Of a DNA stretch of 64,000 bases, positions 1 to 12,550 are shown one piece after another. How positions within the stretch are numbered: position 1 is the first letter of the stretch; each line of letters starts with the position of its first letter. A model generated the notes under the pieces. It made no database searches, was not told where the DNA came from, and saw only the letters and a program-made list of their open reading frames with translations. This stretch comes from Ginglymostoma cirratum (taxonomy: Eukaryota), in assembly GCA_024137785.1 (NCBI GenBank), contig JAHRHZ010000051.1, positions 19,641,388-19,705,387 on the forward strand. Reading direction: 5' to 3'. A program made the position numbers and the translations under genes.

Positions 1-111
1 CCCTTCATCAGAAAATCATTTTCTGATGAAGGGTTTAGGCCCGAAACATCAAGTTTTCCTGCTCCTATGATGCTGCTTGACCTGCTGTGTTCATCCAGCC
101 CCATGCTTGTT
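1..111. mobile_element. Partial palindromic Penelope-pLTR-derived element (hairpin centre plus right arm)
   Basis: 1-15 cccttcatcagaaaa and 19-33 ttttctgatgaaggg are exact reverse complements; 1-111 matches 44336/44337-44446 at all but one base (a48 versus g). Confidence 0.85.
23..50 (+). ncRNA. Minimal type I hammerhead ribozyme motif (CpG-decayed copy)
   Basis: CTGATGA-A-GGG tttagg CCC-GAAA-CATC; the hammerhead core is present but the ACGT helix III palindrome has become ACAT. Confidence 0.65.
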
Positions 112-559
112 ACAAGAATGGGAATCTGGTACGATACTGCTATACCAGCAGTATAAACTCATCACAACACCAGTCACATGTGTGCACACAGAGCTAAGGG
201 CCACTGCTAGAGCTGCTTATCTGTTTTGTACTATTCTTGAATCATGTGTCATTTAACTCTTCCACCTCCCACCATTCCAACAGTCTCCACCAAAATTATG
301 CCATTGGTCACCATACGTGTCCATTATAACTGGGTGCACCTTCTGCACAGCCAAGCTGTAAGCAAGCAGGCCTTTCAATAGCTAATTGGGTCACTCTTGA
401 CAATGTCACCATCCCCACTACCACCACTATCTAATTTCTGATACTTCTTATAACTAAGACGTAAAATGGGTCAAAGCAAATGGGAAGGAAACTCACAGCT
501 CTTTATTTTAAACACAGTTAGGATTATTCTCCAGTGTTGTTGGGAGCATTGAGTCACAG

Positions 560-950
560 TAACAACACAGCTGCTGGTTTGTTGCTATTATGCAAATTCT
601 CCTGCCCTACAGCCCTCCGAGATCTCTGCCCTCCCTCAATGCTAGCCTCAAAACCATCTCCAAATTCCATAGTTCCTCCACTAGAGGTACGATTTCAACT
701 GCCTAAACCACTAAGCTTTCGAATTCCATCTTCACTTCTCTCTTCCTTCTGAGATGCCACTCCTTAAAATTTATCTGTTCGACTAGGCACTTGTTCTTTT
801 TTCCCCCACAGTAGTTCTTCCAGTTGCTTGGGCTGATTGCCTGATATGCCCTTATATGTCTCAATATCATGGATGACTTAGAACACTCTTGTGAAGTTCT
901 TTGGAACATTTAACTATATTAAAGGTGCTATGTAAAGGCAAGTTAATTTT
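560..950 (+). mobile_element. L2-type LINE 3' fragment
   Basis: cctacagccctccgagatctctgc ... ctccttaaaa ... attaaaggtgctatgtaaaggcaagt tail; this motif set recurs at 11920-12550 and 62240-62620. Confidence 0.65.
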
Positions 951-1999
951 GCTGTAGTTCAATTTCTGGTGGTCTAATGATGTTGGGAATTTAGTCTAAT
1001 CATCCTGCTACTATTAAACCAATATCTGATTTGCATTAGTTAGAGTATTTAAGTGGAATATGTTGACATTAAATTTGTCGTTGTCTGCTCTTAAGCTTAG
1101 TCTTTGACATAGGGTTGAGGTTCCTTGCATTTTATGAGTGAGCTCTGGTTACGAATGGTGTTGTATTGTTAGTCTAAGAGAATAACATCCTTACTACCAT
1201 GCTAGTATTTAAAATTCCAACTTTGCATTTTTATTTTTGGAATCATTCCAACAATTACATGATACCATTAACAATACTGTGATCAATACTTGACTCCAGG
1301 TCACAATTGAAAAGGAGCACAGTTTTAAAAAAATGATAAAGTAATTGCATTTCTAATGGAAGTACTGGACATGCCTCTTAATGAGTATATTCATCTAAAG
1401 GGAATATTTTTGCTCAGACACTGGCTTTTCCCCATATGTTATGTAAGTGCAACTGGATGGATAAAGGGGACATTTCACTCACACAAGGATTGTTGCTATT
1501 AACAGGCTCCTATAATACTTTATTGATTTATCAGTTCTTTCAATTCCCTGGTGATGTGACCTTTCTCTACACAATTTCTTCAGCGCTGACCTCCGATTTG
1601 TTTTCAATGCCAAAAAAAATCAAACGTTAACAAGGCAAATTTAATAATGAGAGCATCATACATACTTATTTATTAGTATTGGCAAAGTTTACAAGGGACA
1701 TTTTTAAATCTATTGGCAATACTCATCCCAGCTCATTCCTTTTTTTTAAAACGAATGAAGAATGATTTCTACAGAGTCGGTGAATCCAGAACAACCTCAA
1801 GCTTCTGCCTCGAGCTCAGGAGTTGGTTGGATTGCCCTCTGACTTTGACCAACACTGTAGATACTCTTGAGTAAGTGGTCTTGGATGGGCCAGTATCCTT
1901 TGCAGAATTGAGATGGTCAGGAATTCAGGAAGGAGAATCAGCCATTCAGCCTCGCATATTACAATCATATGGGTTAACTTGCATTTTAACTCCTTCTGA

Positions 2000-2318
2000 T
2001 GCAGTCTGTAGCCTTCTATATGTAAGTCTGCATCACAATAATCAAAAGAGTAAAATGCTTGTTATATTGAAGTTTATTTACAGCATTAACTATTTATATA
2101 TCTACAAATCACAGACCTCCAGACATGCACTGGATTCAGTGCTTGCTAGCGTTACTGCACATTACGCAGATGATCGTACATTACATACACTGCACTAACT
2201 CCATTACACAGAGAGCACAACTGAAGGCAAGGTAAAATGTCACATGCCATAATGTCATGTGACTATCTTAATGGTTCAGCTCTGTCCACTCTGAAATCTA
2301 CGCCACAATACAATACAT
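2000..2318 (-). repeat. 3' LTR of Gypsy element 1
   Basis: Begins TGT directly after the PPT on the minus strand; shares blocks (tatcttaatggt...ctgaaatctacgcca; tttatttacagcattaacta) with LTRs at 45030-45340 and 48040-48300. Confidence 0.65.
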
Positions 2319-3554
2319 CCCTTTTTCACTTTAAACACTGGGAGCAGGAATCCTAACATGTGCAATGATACATATTTATAATTGTTTCTGCATATTTCAA
2401 AAACACCTTAGTGGACATACAACATAATCAGATATGGTCCTTATATAGTTATCATGACTTGCCAATGCAGTTTCACTCTGCAGTGTTCTACCTGCAGTAA
2501 TGGACAGATATGTATCATTTGTCACTGTGTAGTTCTTGTGTGCCATGATATTTTCAGTGTCTGTTTTGTCATCCTATGGGACAGGTGGTTGATGAAAAAC
2601 AGTTTGAATAAGTCATATATTTCTTTCCAGGTCTTGATTATTGCTGCTTGTCAGGTTATTTAATTCAGCCTGGACGAAAGGTCAGTGCATCTTTGCATGG
2701 TTGCAGATATTAATCCAAAAATTTCAAACTCCAATGCTTTGTTGTGGTTCAAATTTGGCTAACAATCATTTTACCATGCTCTAACATTTTCTCCCTTCTT
2801 TCCAACAATATATCATGCATGTGTGATTGGATGGACAGAGTGTGGGAAGGAAGAACTGTGTGGTCCTGTTTTCTAAACTTGAGAGCTGCCAGTGAAGGTA
2901 AATTGTTGTCTAGAGGACTAGCATGTCGATTTACTACAACCATGTGACAATCTTGTCATATTACTTTACATTCGATTATCATGGGCTATAGGGTATGACT
3001 AGTATGTTCTGTTAGTCTATTCGACATGGGATTTTGAGGAGAAGAGGTAATATGATAAACACCCTATTTCCTCCTCACATCTTGAAAGGGTGACCTTGTG
3101 TACTGCAGATCTTTGTTGTTCACGGTTTGTTGAGTTATACTGATTTATCAATAACAGTTGCACGAGAGGTATCCTTTATTTGTCACACAAAAAGGACTTC
3201 TTTTGAAATAGTCAGTCATCAAAATCCAGTTACATCTTTGGACAGGGAAAATATCAGTCGCAATCTTGCGCCATAGCTTGGAAGGAAGCTCGTATGAAAG
3301 GAGAGGTCCTCTCAATTGTTGAGATTGATGGAATTGACATATTTCACACAATTTGATTAGTTTGTCGATGGCTTTGTTAATGGTGGGCCAATAAACAGAT
3401 GCATGCACCAATTCCTTGTTTCTTTTCTGCACCCATATGATGTACATACGTGTATGTATATGGTCTCGTGTTTATTTAGTGATTCTTGATGTGGTGCTTG
3501 TAGAATTATGACTTGTTTAACTTTGAAGATTATATTGCTGGAGACAACTGTCTC

Positions 3555-5173
3555 AGAGAGGCCTGAACCATTCTCATCCACCACCACTCTCCTCTGCCTG
3601 ACCGAGCTCATCCTCACTTTGAACAACTTCTCCTTTAACTCCTCTCACTTTTTTCAGGTCAAACCGGTGGCCATGGGTACTTGCATGGGCCTCAGTCATG
3701 CCTGTCTCTTTGTGGGATATATGGAACATTCCTTTTTCTTTTCTTACTCCAGCCCCCACCCACAACTCTTTCTCCAGTACATCAATGACACAATTGGTGC
3801 TGCTTCCCTCTCTTATCTGGAAATTGGAATTGCTTCACTCTACCCTCACCTTCACCTGGTCCATCTCTGACTCCTTTCTTCCCTCCCTCAACGTTTCCAT
3901 TTCCATTGCTGGGGATAGACTCGCCACCAATAACCACTACAACCTGCCTAGTCCCACAGTTACGTTGACTATACCTCCTCACATCCTGATCCCTGTAAAG
4001 ACTCTATTCCATTCACCTAGTTTCTCCACTTCCATCACATCTGTTTCAATGTTGCCAGCTTCTTCAAGGGGACCTCCAAAATGCCCACCTTCTTCCTCAA
4101 CTGAGGATTCCCCACCTCCCTAGTTGAAAGGGCCCTCAGTGTATCTGATCCATCTCCAGCACTTTGACCCTCACCCCCTCTCTTCCCTACCACAACAGCA
4201 ATAGAGTTACCTTCTCCTCACCTAACATCCCACCAAGGATCATTAGCCGCCATTTTTGCCAACTCCAGTGGGATACCACCACATCATATTCCCCTCCCCT
4301 CCCGTGCCAAACTTCCACAAGATCCATTCCCTCCTGGACACCCTAATCTACTCCTCCTTCACTCCCAAAATGTCCCCACACCCCACAGCACCTTCCTCTG
4401 AAATTATCGAGGGTGTAATATCTGCCTGTTTACTTCTTCCCTCCTCACCATCCGAGGTCCCAAACACACCTTCCAAGTGAAGCAATGCTTTAGCTGTACT
4501 TCACTCACTGTAGTCTACCTTATGCACTGCTCACAATGTGGTCTCCTTAACACTGGGGAGACAAAACACAGATTGGGCAATTGCTTTGCAGAACACCTAC
4601 ACTCTATCTGTAAAAATGACCCTGAGCTTCCTGTTGTCTGCCACGTCAACAAATTACCATGTTGCCTGGCCAACATCTCTGTCTCAGGCTTGCTGCAGTG
4701 CTGCAGCAAAGCTCAGTGCAAGCTGGAAGAACAGCATCTCGTTTTCCATTTGGAGAACCATACAACCTTTGTGGCTCAATATTGAGTCCAATAATTTTAG
4801 GGCCTGAGCACCTTCTCCCATGTCCTTACCCCAAACACCAAGCGTTATCATCACAAGGGCGGCTACAACAAACAACCCATTATCAGCTACTAATGTTCCC
4901 AAGTAGCTGCTATTGATTCCCCCAGACTGGCCTTTAGCCATTCCTTTGTCTGTCCAGCTGTTGTTTTCTCTCTCTCTCTGGGCTTCATCTCTACCTATCG
5001 TTTACTCCTCCACCTTCTCCGCCCCCCAACCCCATCTTCATCCAATATACCAACCTTTTCCCAGCTACAATCAGTTCTGAAGAAGGGTCACTGAACCGGA
5101 AATGTTATCTCTGCTTTCTGTCCACTGACGCTGCCAGACCTGCTGAGTTTCTCCAGCAATTTCTGTTTCTGTT
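3555..5173 (+). mobile_element. 5'-truncated Penelope-like element (RT C-terminus, GIY-YIG endonuclease, 3' pLTR)
   Basis: ORF 3508-3870 LTLNNFSFNSSHFFQVKPVAMGTCMG...LFLQYINDTIG (PLE RT motifs); ORF 4477-4785 VVYLMHCSQCGLLNTGETKHRLGNCFAEH (GIY-YIG); pLTR with hammerhead relic at 5077-5107. Frameshifted. Confidence 0.92.
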
Positions 5174-6489
5174 ACACACTTGAAGAGTCCTAGTTCATCT
5201 CTGGATGACCAAAATGAATGTATTGGTTTGGGGATCTGTTGGAGACATTCAGGCCACCGATTAATAATGATCTTTTTACAGCTTACCAGACCTGCTATGC
5301 TCAGCCATAACCAAAATGTATGAGGTCAATGTTGCAGTCTGGAATCTCTTGTGCTGCATCCAATGGGTTTATTACCCTATAGATCAGAGAAGATCCACCT
5401 GTTCAGTGAAGTAAAAAGTTTCAGGTCTCCACTATTAGATTCATGATGCCAGTGTTGGGCCCATTGTAATTCAGTTAGCTTATCTTGTGTGGACTGCGTC
5501 ACATTGTGCTAGTTTCCTGAATACATCTCATGGTAGGTGCATAAAGTGATGATATTTGCACTGGAACCAGTGTAGATTTTAACATATTGTGCACTTTGCC
5601 TATTCCTTTTGGGATATATCACTTGGAGAGAAATAAAGGCTGGGTCTTTTCTGATGGTCCCAATATGGTATGTCACGTTCACGCATGTGCCACTCTCATT
5701 AGTGCATGCAAACGGTGACGTTGCTTGGACTTCATTGACCAGATCGCATGCCGTGGATAGAACTTTGGAAGCTCCTCTGAAACTGATCCTTGGTTGGTTC
5801 CTTTTTCATATGCTGCTGTGGAACAATGTGTTACGGTTTGTGCTTCTCTTGATGCCTGGAAGTCCTGCATATTTCAGGCAAATGTTTTCTTGCAGAAAAT
5901 AATTTCTGTGTGTCATAAAATGCCGGATACTGCCTTGGTTGGTGACACAAGTCACAGATTATGTAAGGTTTAGTCGTACTAGTGAACCTGTTGATGTCTG
6001 TAATTGTTGTTCCAGCGTCAAGTATTTGCAGATGCCGTTGACCTGTCACAATTGTTTCAAACCTGACTTCTTCTGGCATCAATCATATATCCTTCGGGTT
6101 TTTCTGGAAGTGCTTTTCTGGAGGATGCTGGGTGTAAAGATAATCTGTAAGTCTTTGATGAAATCACATTCTGCACTTTTATTAACACCTGCCTATGATT
6201 TGGCCAACTTCATTGGGTTGTTATGAGTATGGTATGAACTCAAGCCTATGTATCATGAGGCCAACTGTTCCTCTCTAAATATTGTGAGAGCATAGTGACC
6301 AAAATCGAACTATAAATACATATGGGTGCAGATTTCTTGGCAATGTTGCAACACAGGATAGTTGTTAGTAATTCTTTAGCATTCCCTTTATATAGTCCAG
6401 TAATGGATTAATCAGTTCTGTACATCTGATCAGATATTCCTCTGCCTTATCACAACCTGCAGTATGTAAAAGACTTTTCATTTTATTTC

Positions 6490-6805
6490 TATTTGCAAGA
6501 GATAACCAAAGAACACAGATTTAAGATAATCAGATTTAAAAACGCAGGGGATACGCGGGCAGAGAACTTTCTTTTGAGTGCAGTGAGTCACAGTGATCTG
6601 GAGTCTCTGAAAGTGCAGTATGAGTAGGTGCAAAAGGAACTTTCAAAAGGGAATTGGATGCGTGCAATATGCTTCAAAAAAAGATTTGTTTGAGGATAAC
6701 AGCAAGGCATGTGAATCCAATTGGTTGGCTTCCTCAAAGAGCCAGTATAGACAGGGTGGGCCAAATGGCCTCTTTCTGCGCTGCTTGATTCTATTTGAGA
6801 TTTAA
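6490..6805 (+). mobile_element. CR1 LINE 3' end
   Basis: ...gggtgggccaaatggcctctttctgcgctg...gattctat CR1-type 3' tail. Confidence 0.65.
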
Positions 6806-7064
6806 AAGTTGCAAAAATACAATCTAGAGATAACCGAGAATCTCCTGGGTAGAATCTTCAGGAACGTGAAAGGGAGGGAAAGCACTTAATGAGAATTGGG
6901 ATGTTGTCTAGCCAAATCCTGCTGCTTTCCTGCCTCCTCCAAAATTAAATACCAGTTGTCGAGGCCCACAGTCAACCACTACCAATTGACTGGTCCAATT
7001 ACATTAAATGGCCAATTAAGGCTCTCTTAAGAGTCAAAACAGGATTTGCTGAGCTGTGAGTTCC

Positions 7065-7420
7065 TTTTTATTCATAAAATATTGTGTGCAATTTTGGCTA
7101 GGGCATTGTGGGTATTTATTGCCCATCCCTAATTGCCCAAAGGACAGTCAACATTCAGCAACATTATGGGCTTGGAGTCACATGTGGTCCAGACCGGGTA
7201 AGGATAACAGATTTCCTTCCCTAAAGGGCATTAATAAACTAGATGGGTTACTACAACAATTGGCTTTGGTTACATGGTCATCATTTGACCAGCTTTTCAT
7301 CCCAGGTTCTTACTGAATTTGAATTCTGCCTTCAGCCATGATGGGATTTGGACCTAGATCCCCAGAGGATATTCCTGGTGTTGTAGATTACTAGCCCAGT
7401 GACATTAACACTGTACCAAA
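7065..7420 (-). mobile_element. tRNA-derived shark SINE (same family as 37958-38290)
   Basis: Reverse complement of the 37958-38290 element (tttattgcccatccctaattgccc, ttccttccctaaagggcatt, gccatgatgggatttg). Confidence 0.75.
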
Positions 7421-8329
7421 TTCTCCCCATGACAGCTGCTATCCTAACCTGTCGTCCAGGGGGCTGGAGCCCCTTGATCAAAGATAATCAGTGCCTGATC
7501 CGGAAACCAGACACTGGATGGGAAAGTGCCCGTTGGAACCATCCCCTAACCTTGTTCCTGAACACCCTGCACTTTGCTTCCCTGCTACCTTTGGAAAAAA
7601 ACTCATCTTCCACATCATTTACTTTTGTCCTGTGTCCTGCACAAATCTGAGACTCCAGCCATAGTCTGGGGGTTGGTTTTGGGCGGTTCCTTTCTCCAGC
7701 AGCCAATTGGTTCTATCGAGAGGAACAGTCGCTAGCCTCTGCTTGGCAGCAGCTCTACTTTCCTTTATTTTGTTGTCTTTAATTATGTTTCAATCAGGAT
7801 ATGGGGACTGTGTTTCTATAGCTAGAAAGTGTTTTCCAGTCATTGGATACAGAAGGTTATTTAAAACTGTTAGAATATTGTGCAATAATATCCTTCAGTA
7901 TAATGTTCAGCCAGTTGCTTGGATTCACCAGGCAACTTGCAGCAATTTTCTTCCTGTCTCTTGCTGCGGTGCAGCTGTCCGAGAGTCAACAGCGTAATCT
8001 GGTCACACCCACGTCCATGTTTTTTAACATGTGACACTGGACACTGACTGCATACAGAGATGAACATGAGGAATAATTTGATTTGATTTATTATTGTCAC
8101 ATGTACCTAGGTACAGTGAAAAGTTTTGTTTTGTGTGCAGTACATGGCAAAATGGCAGATCTGCTTAATATTTTTCAAAATGCCCAGTTTTCCTTAGAAA
8201 CAGGAAGCCCTTCTGCTAATGCCTTCTGTTGTACAAATTCATTAGTGCAGTGTTTCACGTCCCACATGGAGAACAATACATGTCTGTGCAACAAGAGAAG
8301 GAACCCACCTTCTGATCCGAGGGACTATT

Positions 8330-8630
8330 CCCTATTCAGTTAGCTCCATCTTCAACTTCAAGTCCACTTTTCTGTCTAATCCTCAGATCCTTTGACCTCC
8401 TTAATGTCCAAAATGTTCATTTTCCCTGTTTTGAATATAATCGATGACTGACTATACTCAGTTCCATGAGCTAAGGAAACTCCAACGATTGGCATCCTTC
8501 AGAATGAAGAACTCCCTCCTCATCTCAGTTCAAAATGATCAAACACTTCTCCTGAGACTGTGGTCCTTGGTTATAAATTCTCCGTCCAAGAAAAATTTCA
8601 ACATTTACCCTGTCAATCCGTGAACATTGT
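8330..8630 (-). mobile_element. CR1 LINE 3' fragment
   Basis: ctcctcatctcagtt...ctgagactgtggtccttggtt...atttaccctgtcaa; reverse of the CR1 3' region. Confidence 0.6.
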
Positions 8631-8789
8631 TGACATTTCAGCTATTTAACTTGGGGTTGTGTTGCGAGCAAGCTGGATCCTCCTTCCCCAGCTGTACATA
8701 TACACATCTGCTCATTCTAATCATGAACGTGATCAACAAATGACACTGGGGGGAAGCCTCTTTGAGTGTTCCATTTCAGAATTAAAGGA

Positions 8790-9055
8790 GGTAGATATTT
8801 CAGAAGATTGTGGAGCTGAGCAAGACTACTGAGATGGAGAGGTGAAGCCAGGGAAGTATTTGAAGACAAAAATAAACAAAAAGCCAGTTCTTAACCGAGA
8901 GTCAATTGGGTCAGTGAACACAAGACTGATAATGAACAGGGCTATGTATAAGTTGGGATTCGTGCAGCAGAATTTTGGATGATTTCAAATTCATGGAGGA
9001 TAGAATTTGGGATGTTGACCAGAAAAACAATCAGGTTTACAGGTAACAAAAGCAT
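8790..9055 (-). mobile_element. L2 LINE fragment
   Basis: gagatggagaggtgaagcca...gcagcagaattttggatga...aggtaacaaaagcat; L2 RT C-terminal region in reverse. Confidence 0.6.
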
Positions 9056-9199
9056 AGAAGATATTAGTGAACCAGTTGGAATTTTAACGACAATCTGACC
9101 GTCTTTCACAAATGCATTTAATCTTGAACTGAATTCACATTTTCAATTTTGACTGAGGTTTTCTGAATAATTATAACAAGATTCCGGACTACAAATTAC

Positions 9200-10250
9200 A
9201 AAAAGATATAAATAGATTACTTGAAGGTAAAGCTATGCCAAATGGCTTTTAATGCAAGCAAGTGTGAGGTCATCAAATTTGCAACTAAAGGAATAGAACA
9301 GACTACTTTATAAATGGATAAAACTAGAAACAGTGGAGGTCCAAAGACATTTATGAGCCCAGGTATGTAGATTATGGAAATGAAATTAAAAGGTATAGAA
9401 GATCATCCAAAAGGTTAATAAAATAGTGGCTTCTGTAATGGGAGGACTAGAATACAATGAAACAGAAGTCTGCAGCTGTACAAAGCACTGTTCAGACCGC
9501 ACCTGGTTAGTGAGCAGCTCTCGGCACCTTAGGAAGGACATATTGGCTTGGGAGGCAGTGTAGTGTAAATTTACTGAGGATTAATGTATGAGGAGAGATT
9601 ATAAAGACTAGGGTTGTATTCCCTGGAATCTAGAAAGTTGAGGAGTGATTTATTCAATGTTTTCAAGATATTAAAGGGAACTGCTGTAGAGAGAGAGAAA
9701 TTATTTTTGCTGGTTGTGGAGTCGAGGCTTAGGGCCATAGTATAAAATTTAAAGCAGAACCTATCAGAAGTGAAATTAAGAAACTTTTCCGCTAAGGGTG
9801 GATGAAGCTTAGAACTCTCTTCTGTGAACAGCAATTGATGCTTATTGGGTGGCATGGTGGCTCAGTGGTTAGCAGAGGGACCTGGGTTTGATTCCAGCCG
9901 CGAACGTCTGTGTGGTGTTTGTGCGTTCTCCCCATGTCCGAGCAGGTTTCCGTTAAGTGCTCCAAAGTCCAAAGATGTGCAGGTTAGATGGATCAACCAT
10001 GCTAAATTGTCCATAATGTCGAGAGGTGGATTAGCTATGGTAAATGCAAGGTTTCAGTGATAGAATAGGGGCCTGGGTGGGATGCTCTTTTGAGTGTCAT
10101 TGCAGACTTGATGGGCGAAATGACCTCTTTCCATATTGTAGGGATGCTATAAATTGTATGTGGAGTTAAGTCACGGACCAGCCATTATCTCATTGAATGG
10201 CAGAACAGGTTTGAGGTTCTGAATGTCTTCCTCCTGTTCCTATATCCCTA
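9200..10250 (+). mobile_element. CR1 LINE 3' region with nested HE1-type SINE
   Basis: tttaatgcaagcaagtgtgaggtcat...agaccgcacctgg...aggaaggacatattggc...tatgaggagagatt CR1 RT end; resumes after the SINE with a gaatgg...cctcctgttcctat tail. Confidence 0.8.
9848..10150 (+). mobile_element. HE1-type (V-SINE) tRNA-derived SINE
   Basis: ggtggcatggtggctcagtggttagc A-box, gggtttgattcc B-box, ccaaagatgtgcaggttag core, CR1-derived tail. Confidence 0.85.
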
Positions 10251-11268
10251 TGTTTACCTGTCCAATGATTTGGTCACTACAAAGCCATATTTAAAGAAGT
10301 TGATTCTTCGTGTATTAACAGAAGAGTCATCAGCCAAATTGTGAAGATAAATCATGGTGTTTTTCAACTTAATTCAATTTCACACGATTGATTAAAGCAA
10401 ATTGCAAGTGACAAAATCATGCCACCTGGAAGTTGAGCAAATCTGCCACTGTGTTGCAGTAATGAAATGGTGTTGCCTTTTTTGAAGGAATGAAAACCTG
10501 TTTAGCTTTTGCTGTTACTGTTACCCCCATGCACTAAAACAGGAATAAAAAACATAATTGACAGCAGCCTCTTGCTCTTTCACACAAACAATTTCCCTAT
10601 ACATACCATATGGTATATTGTATATGCATTTGGTGTACTGAAGCCTATATGTAACATGCAAAGCAGTATGTTCCTCAAAGAGTTATCGAGCTGTAAAATG
10701 CAGTAAGTTCTTTTATAGCAGCCCCGAACAAAGGATTAAATGCTCTAGTTTAACATAATGTCATGTTCACTGTATTTTCACCTCCTTCATCTTCATCCAC
10801 CCCTTCCTTGTCCCAGTAAAAGAATATATTCAGACTTGACTTCAGTCCTTTGAAGCAAAGTTCTGGTTTTAGTACAAGCTGCTCTTCATTCTTAAAATGG
10901 TATTTCAATATATTTGTACTCAATTACACTTTGAAACTTTCCCTAAGTTACTAAATATCTTATGGAAGATGGCACTCAAAGAAACAAATCACATCACAGA
11001 CACTGCAACTGTCGACGTTATCTGTTGAAGGTGTATTGCAAGTTGGTGCTGCGTATAGATTGGTACAATACCGCCATCCTGTGGTCACACTGGGAATGTA
11101 TGAATATAGCAACAATGAGAGAGATGGAAAAGGATTCCCTATTCCATCCAATCCCAGAAACCTTTTGCATCGCAATATATGTATTTTCCACACTGGCCAA
11201 AAAAAAACATGAAATCTGCTGGGACAGGTAGAAACCCAAATTAAAATCTGCCACTTTGTAGGAGAAAA

Positions 11269-11571
11269 GGGCGGCACAGCGGCTCAGTGGTTAGCACTGC
11301 TGCCTCACAGCAGCAGGGACCCGGGTTCGATTCCAACCCCCAGATGACTGTCTGTGTGGAGTTTGCACATTCTCCCCGTGCCTGCGTGGGTTTTCTCCGG
11401 GTGCTCCGGTTTCATCCCACAGTCCAAAGATGTGCAGATCAGGTAGATTGGCCATGCTAAATTGCCCATTGTGTTCAGGGATGAGTGGTATAGGGGAATG
11501 GGTTCTGGGGGGGATGCTCTGAGGGTTGGCGTGGACTCGTTGAGCCTGTTTCCACACTGTAGGGATTCTAT
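11269..11571 (+). mobile_element. HE1-type SINE, young full-length copy
   Basis: ggcggcacagcggctcagtggttagcactgctgcctcacagc...gggttcgattcc...ctgtagggattctatg. Confidence 0.92.
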
Positions 11572-11919
11572 GAAAAGACACTCCAACATCAATGGAAATG
11601 AAGCAAGAATATGACTGTGGCTGTGTTATTTCATGCAACGGCTACCTTTGAATGAGAGGCAGTCTCTGCATTAGCTGGTATCAGGGTCATCTATCACTTG
11701 AAATCAACTATTCTGTATCCACTACGTGGGACGGCCGTCTGTTTCACAATCCAGTATTATCTGGGGAAAAAACCGCCTCTTGACACCTAACCTAAATCTG
11801 GTACTGTACAACTTAGCATTGTGATTCCTCTGGTCCTTCTTAACCTACTTACTTGGAACAACTATCAGCTGGAGCATAATCTATCCCCTTCACCATCTTG
11901 CAAACCTCCGGCAAATAAC

Positions 11920-12550
11920 CCTGTATGAAATGTCGCGATCTCATAATATTGCTCGATCCTATCCAGATTTAGCCATTCTGCTGCTGAAATCTTCATCCCT
12001 GCTTCTGTAATCTGTTCTTGATTATTCCAATGCACCCCATCTTTCCCAATTTCTACAGTCTGTAAACTTGAAGCCATTCCAAAACCTTGTTGCCATTTTC
12101 TTTATTTGCATCAAGTCGTCCTTTACCCCCACGTCTGCTGAACTTTATTGGCTCTCAAACCAGCAACAGCGTGATTTTAAAATTCTCATCCTTGTTTTAA
12201 ATTTCTGTCATAACCTTGCCCCTCTCTATTTCTGTAATCGCTCTATTCCAACACAGCAACTCCCCGAGATACCTGTAAATTTCTAATTCTGGCCTCCGAA
12301 GCATCCTCAGTTTTAATTGTAGCATGCCTTTTGCTGCCTGAGACTTAAGGTCTGGAATTGCCACTCGACCTCTTCAGCTCTGGACTACACTTTCCTCCTA
12401 TAACTTGTTTCTTATAAGCTACCTGTTTGACTAATTTTTTGCTGATCTGGCATGATATCTTCTGAAGTGGCTCAGTGTTATATTGTGCTTCTGTGAAGTG
12501 GTTAGAATGTTTTCTTACATTCAAGTCACTACGTGAAGACAAATTGGTTT
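11920..12550 (+). mobile_element. L2 LINE 3' fragment
   Basis: gattattccaatgc...tttaaaattctcatccttgtttt...ttctggcctc...ctgtgaagtg; L2 3' motif set. Confidence 0.7.

Larger units (their letters stand above)
2000..6460 (-). mobile_element. Degenerate, internally deleted Gypsy (Ty3) LTR retrotransposon, interrupted by a Penelope insertion
   Basis: Minus strand: gag zinc-knuckle relic (CDLCHQPRQYPAF...KHLPEICR, about 5850-5960), protease-like VKIYTGSSANII (about 5550-5585), linker IIINRWP...SFWSSRDEL (about 5190-5280), integrase HHCC/core SVYWPTINKAIDKLIKLCEICQ...WRKIATDIF (ORF 3148-3447), PPT aaagtgaaaaaggga-TGT at about 2315-2334. Confidence 0.8.

Noticed and set aside
11269-11345. tRNA gene
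   Set aside because: A/B boxes are the head of a multi-copy SINE that continues into SINE core and LINE-derived tail; same for the other copies.
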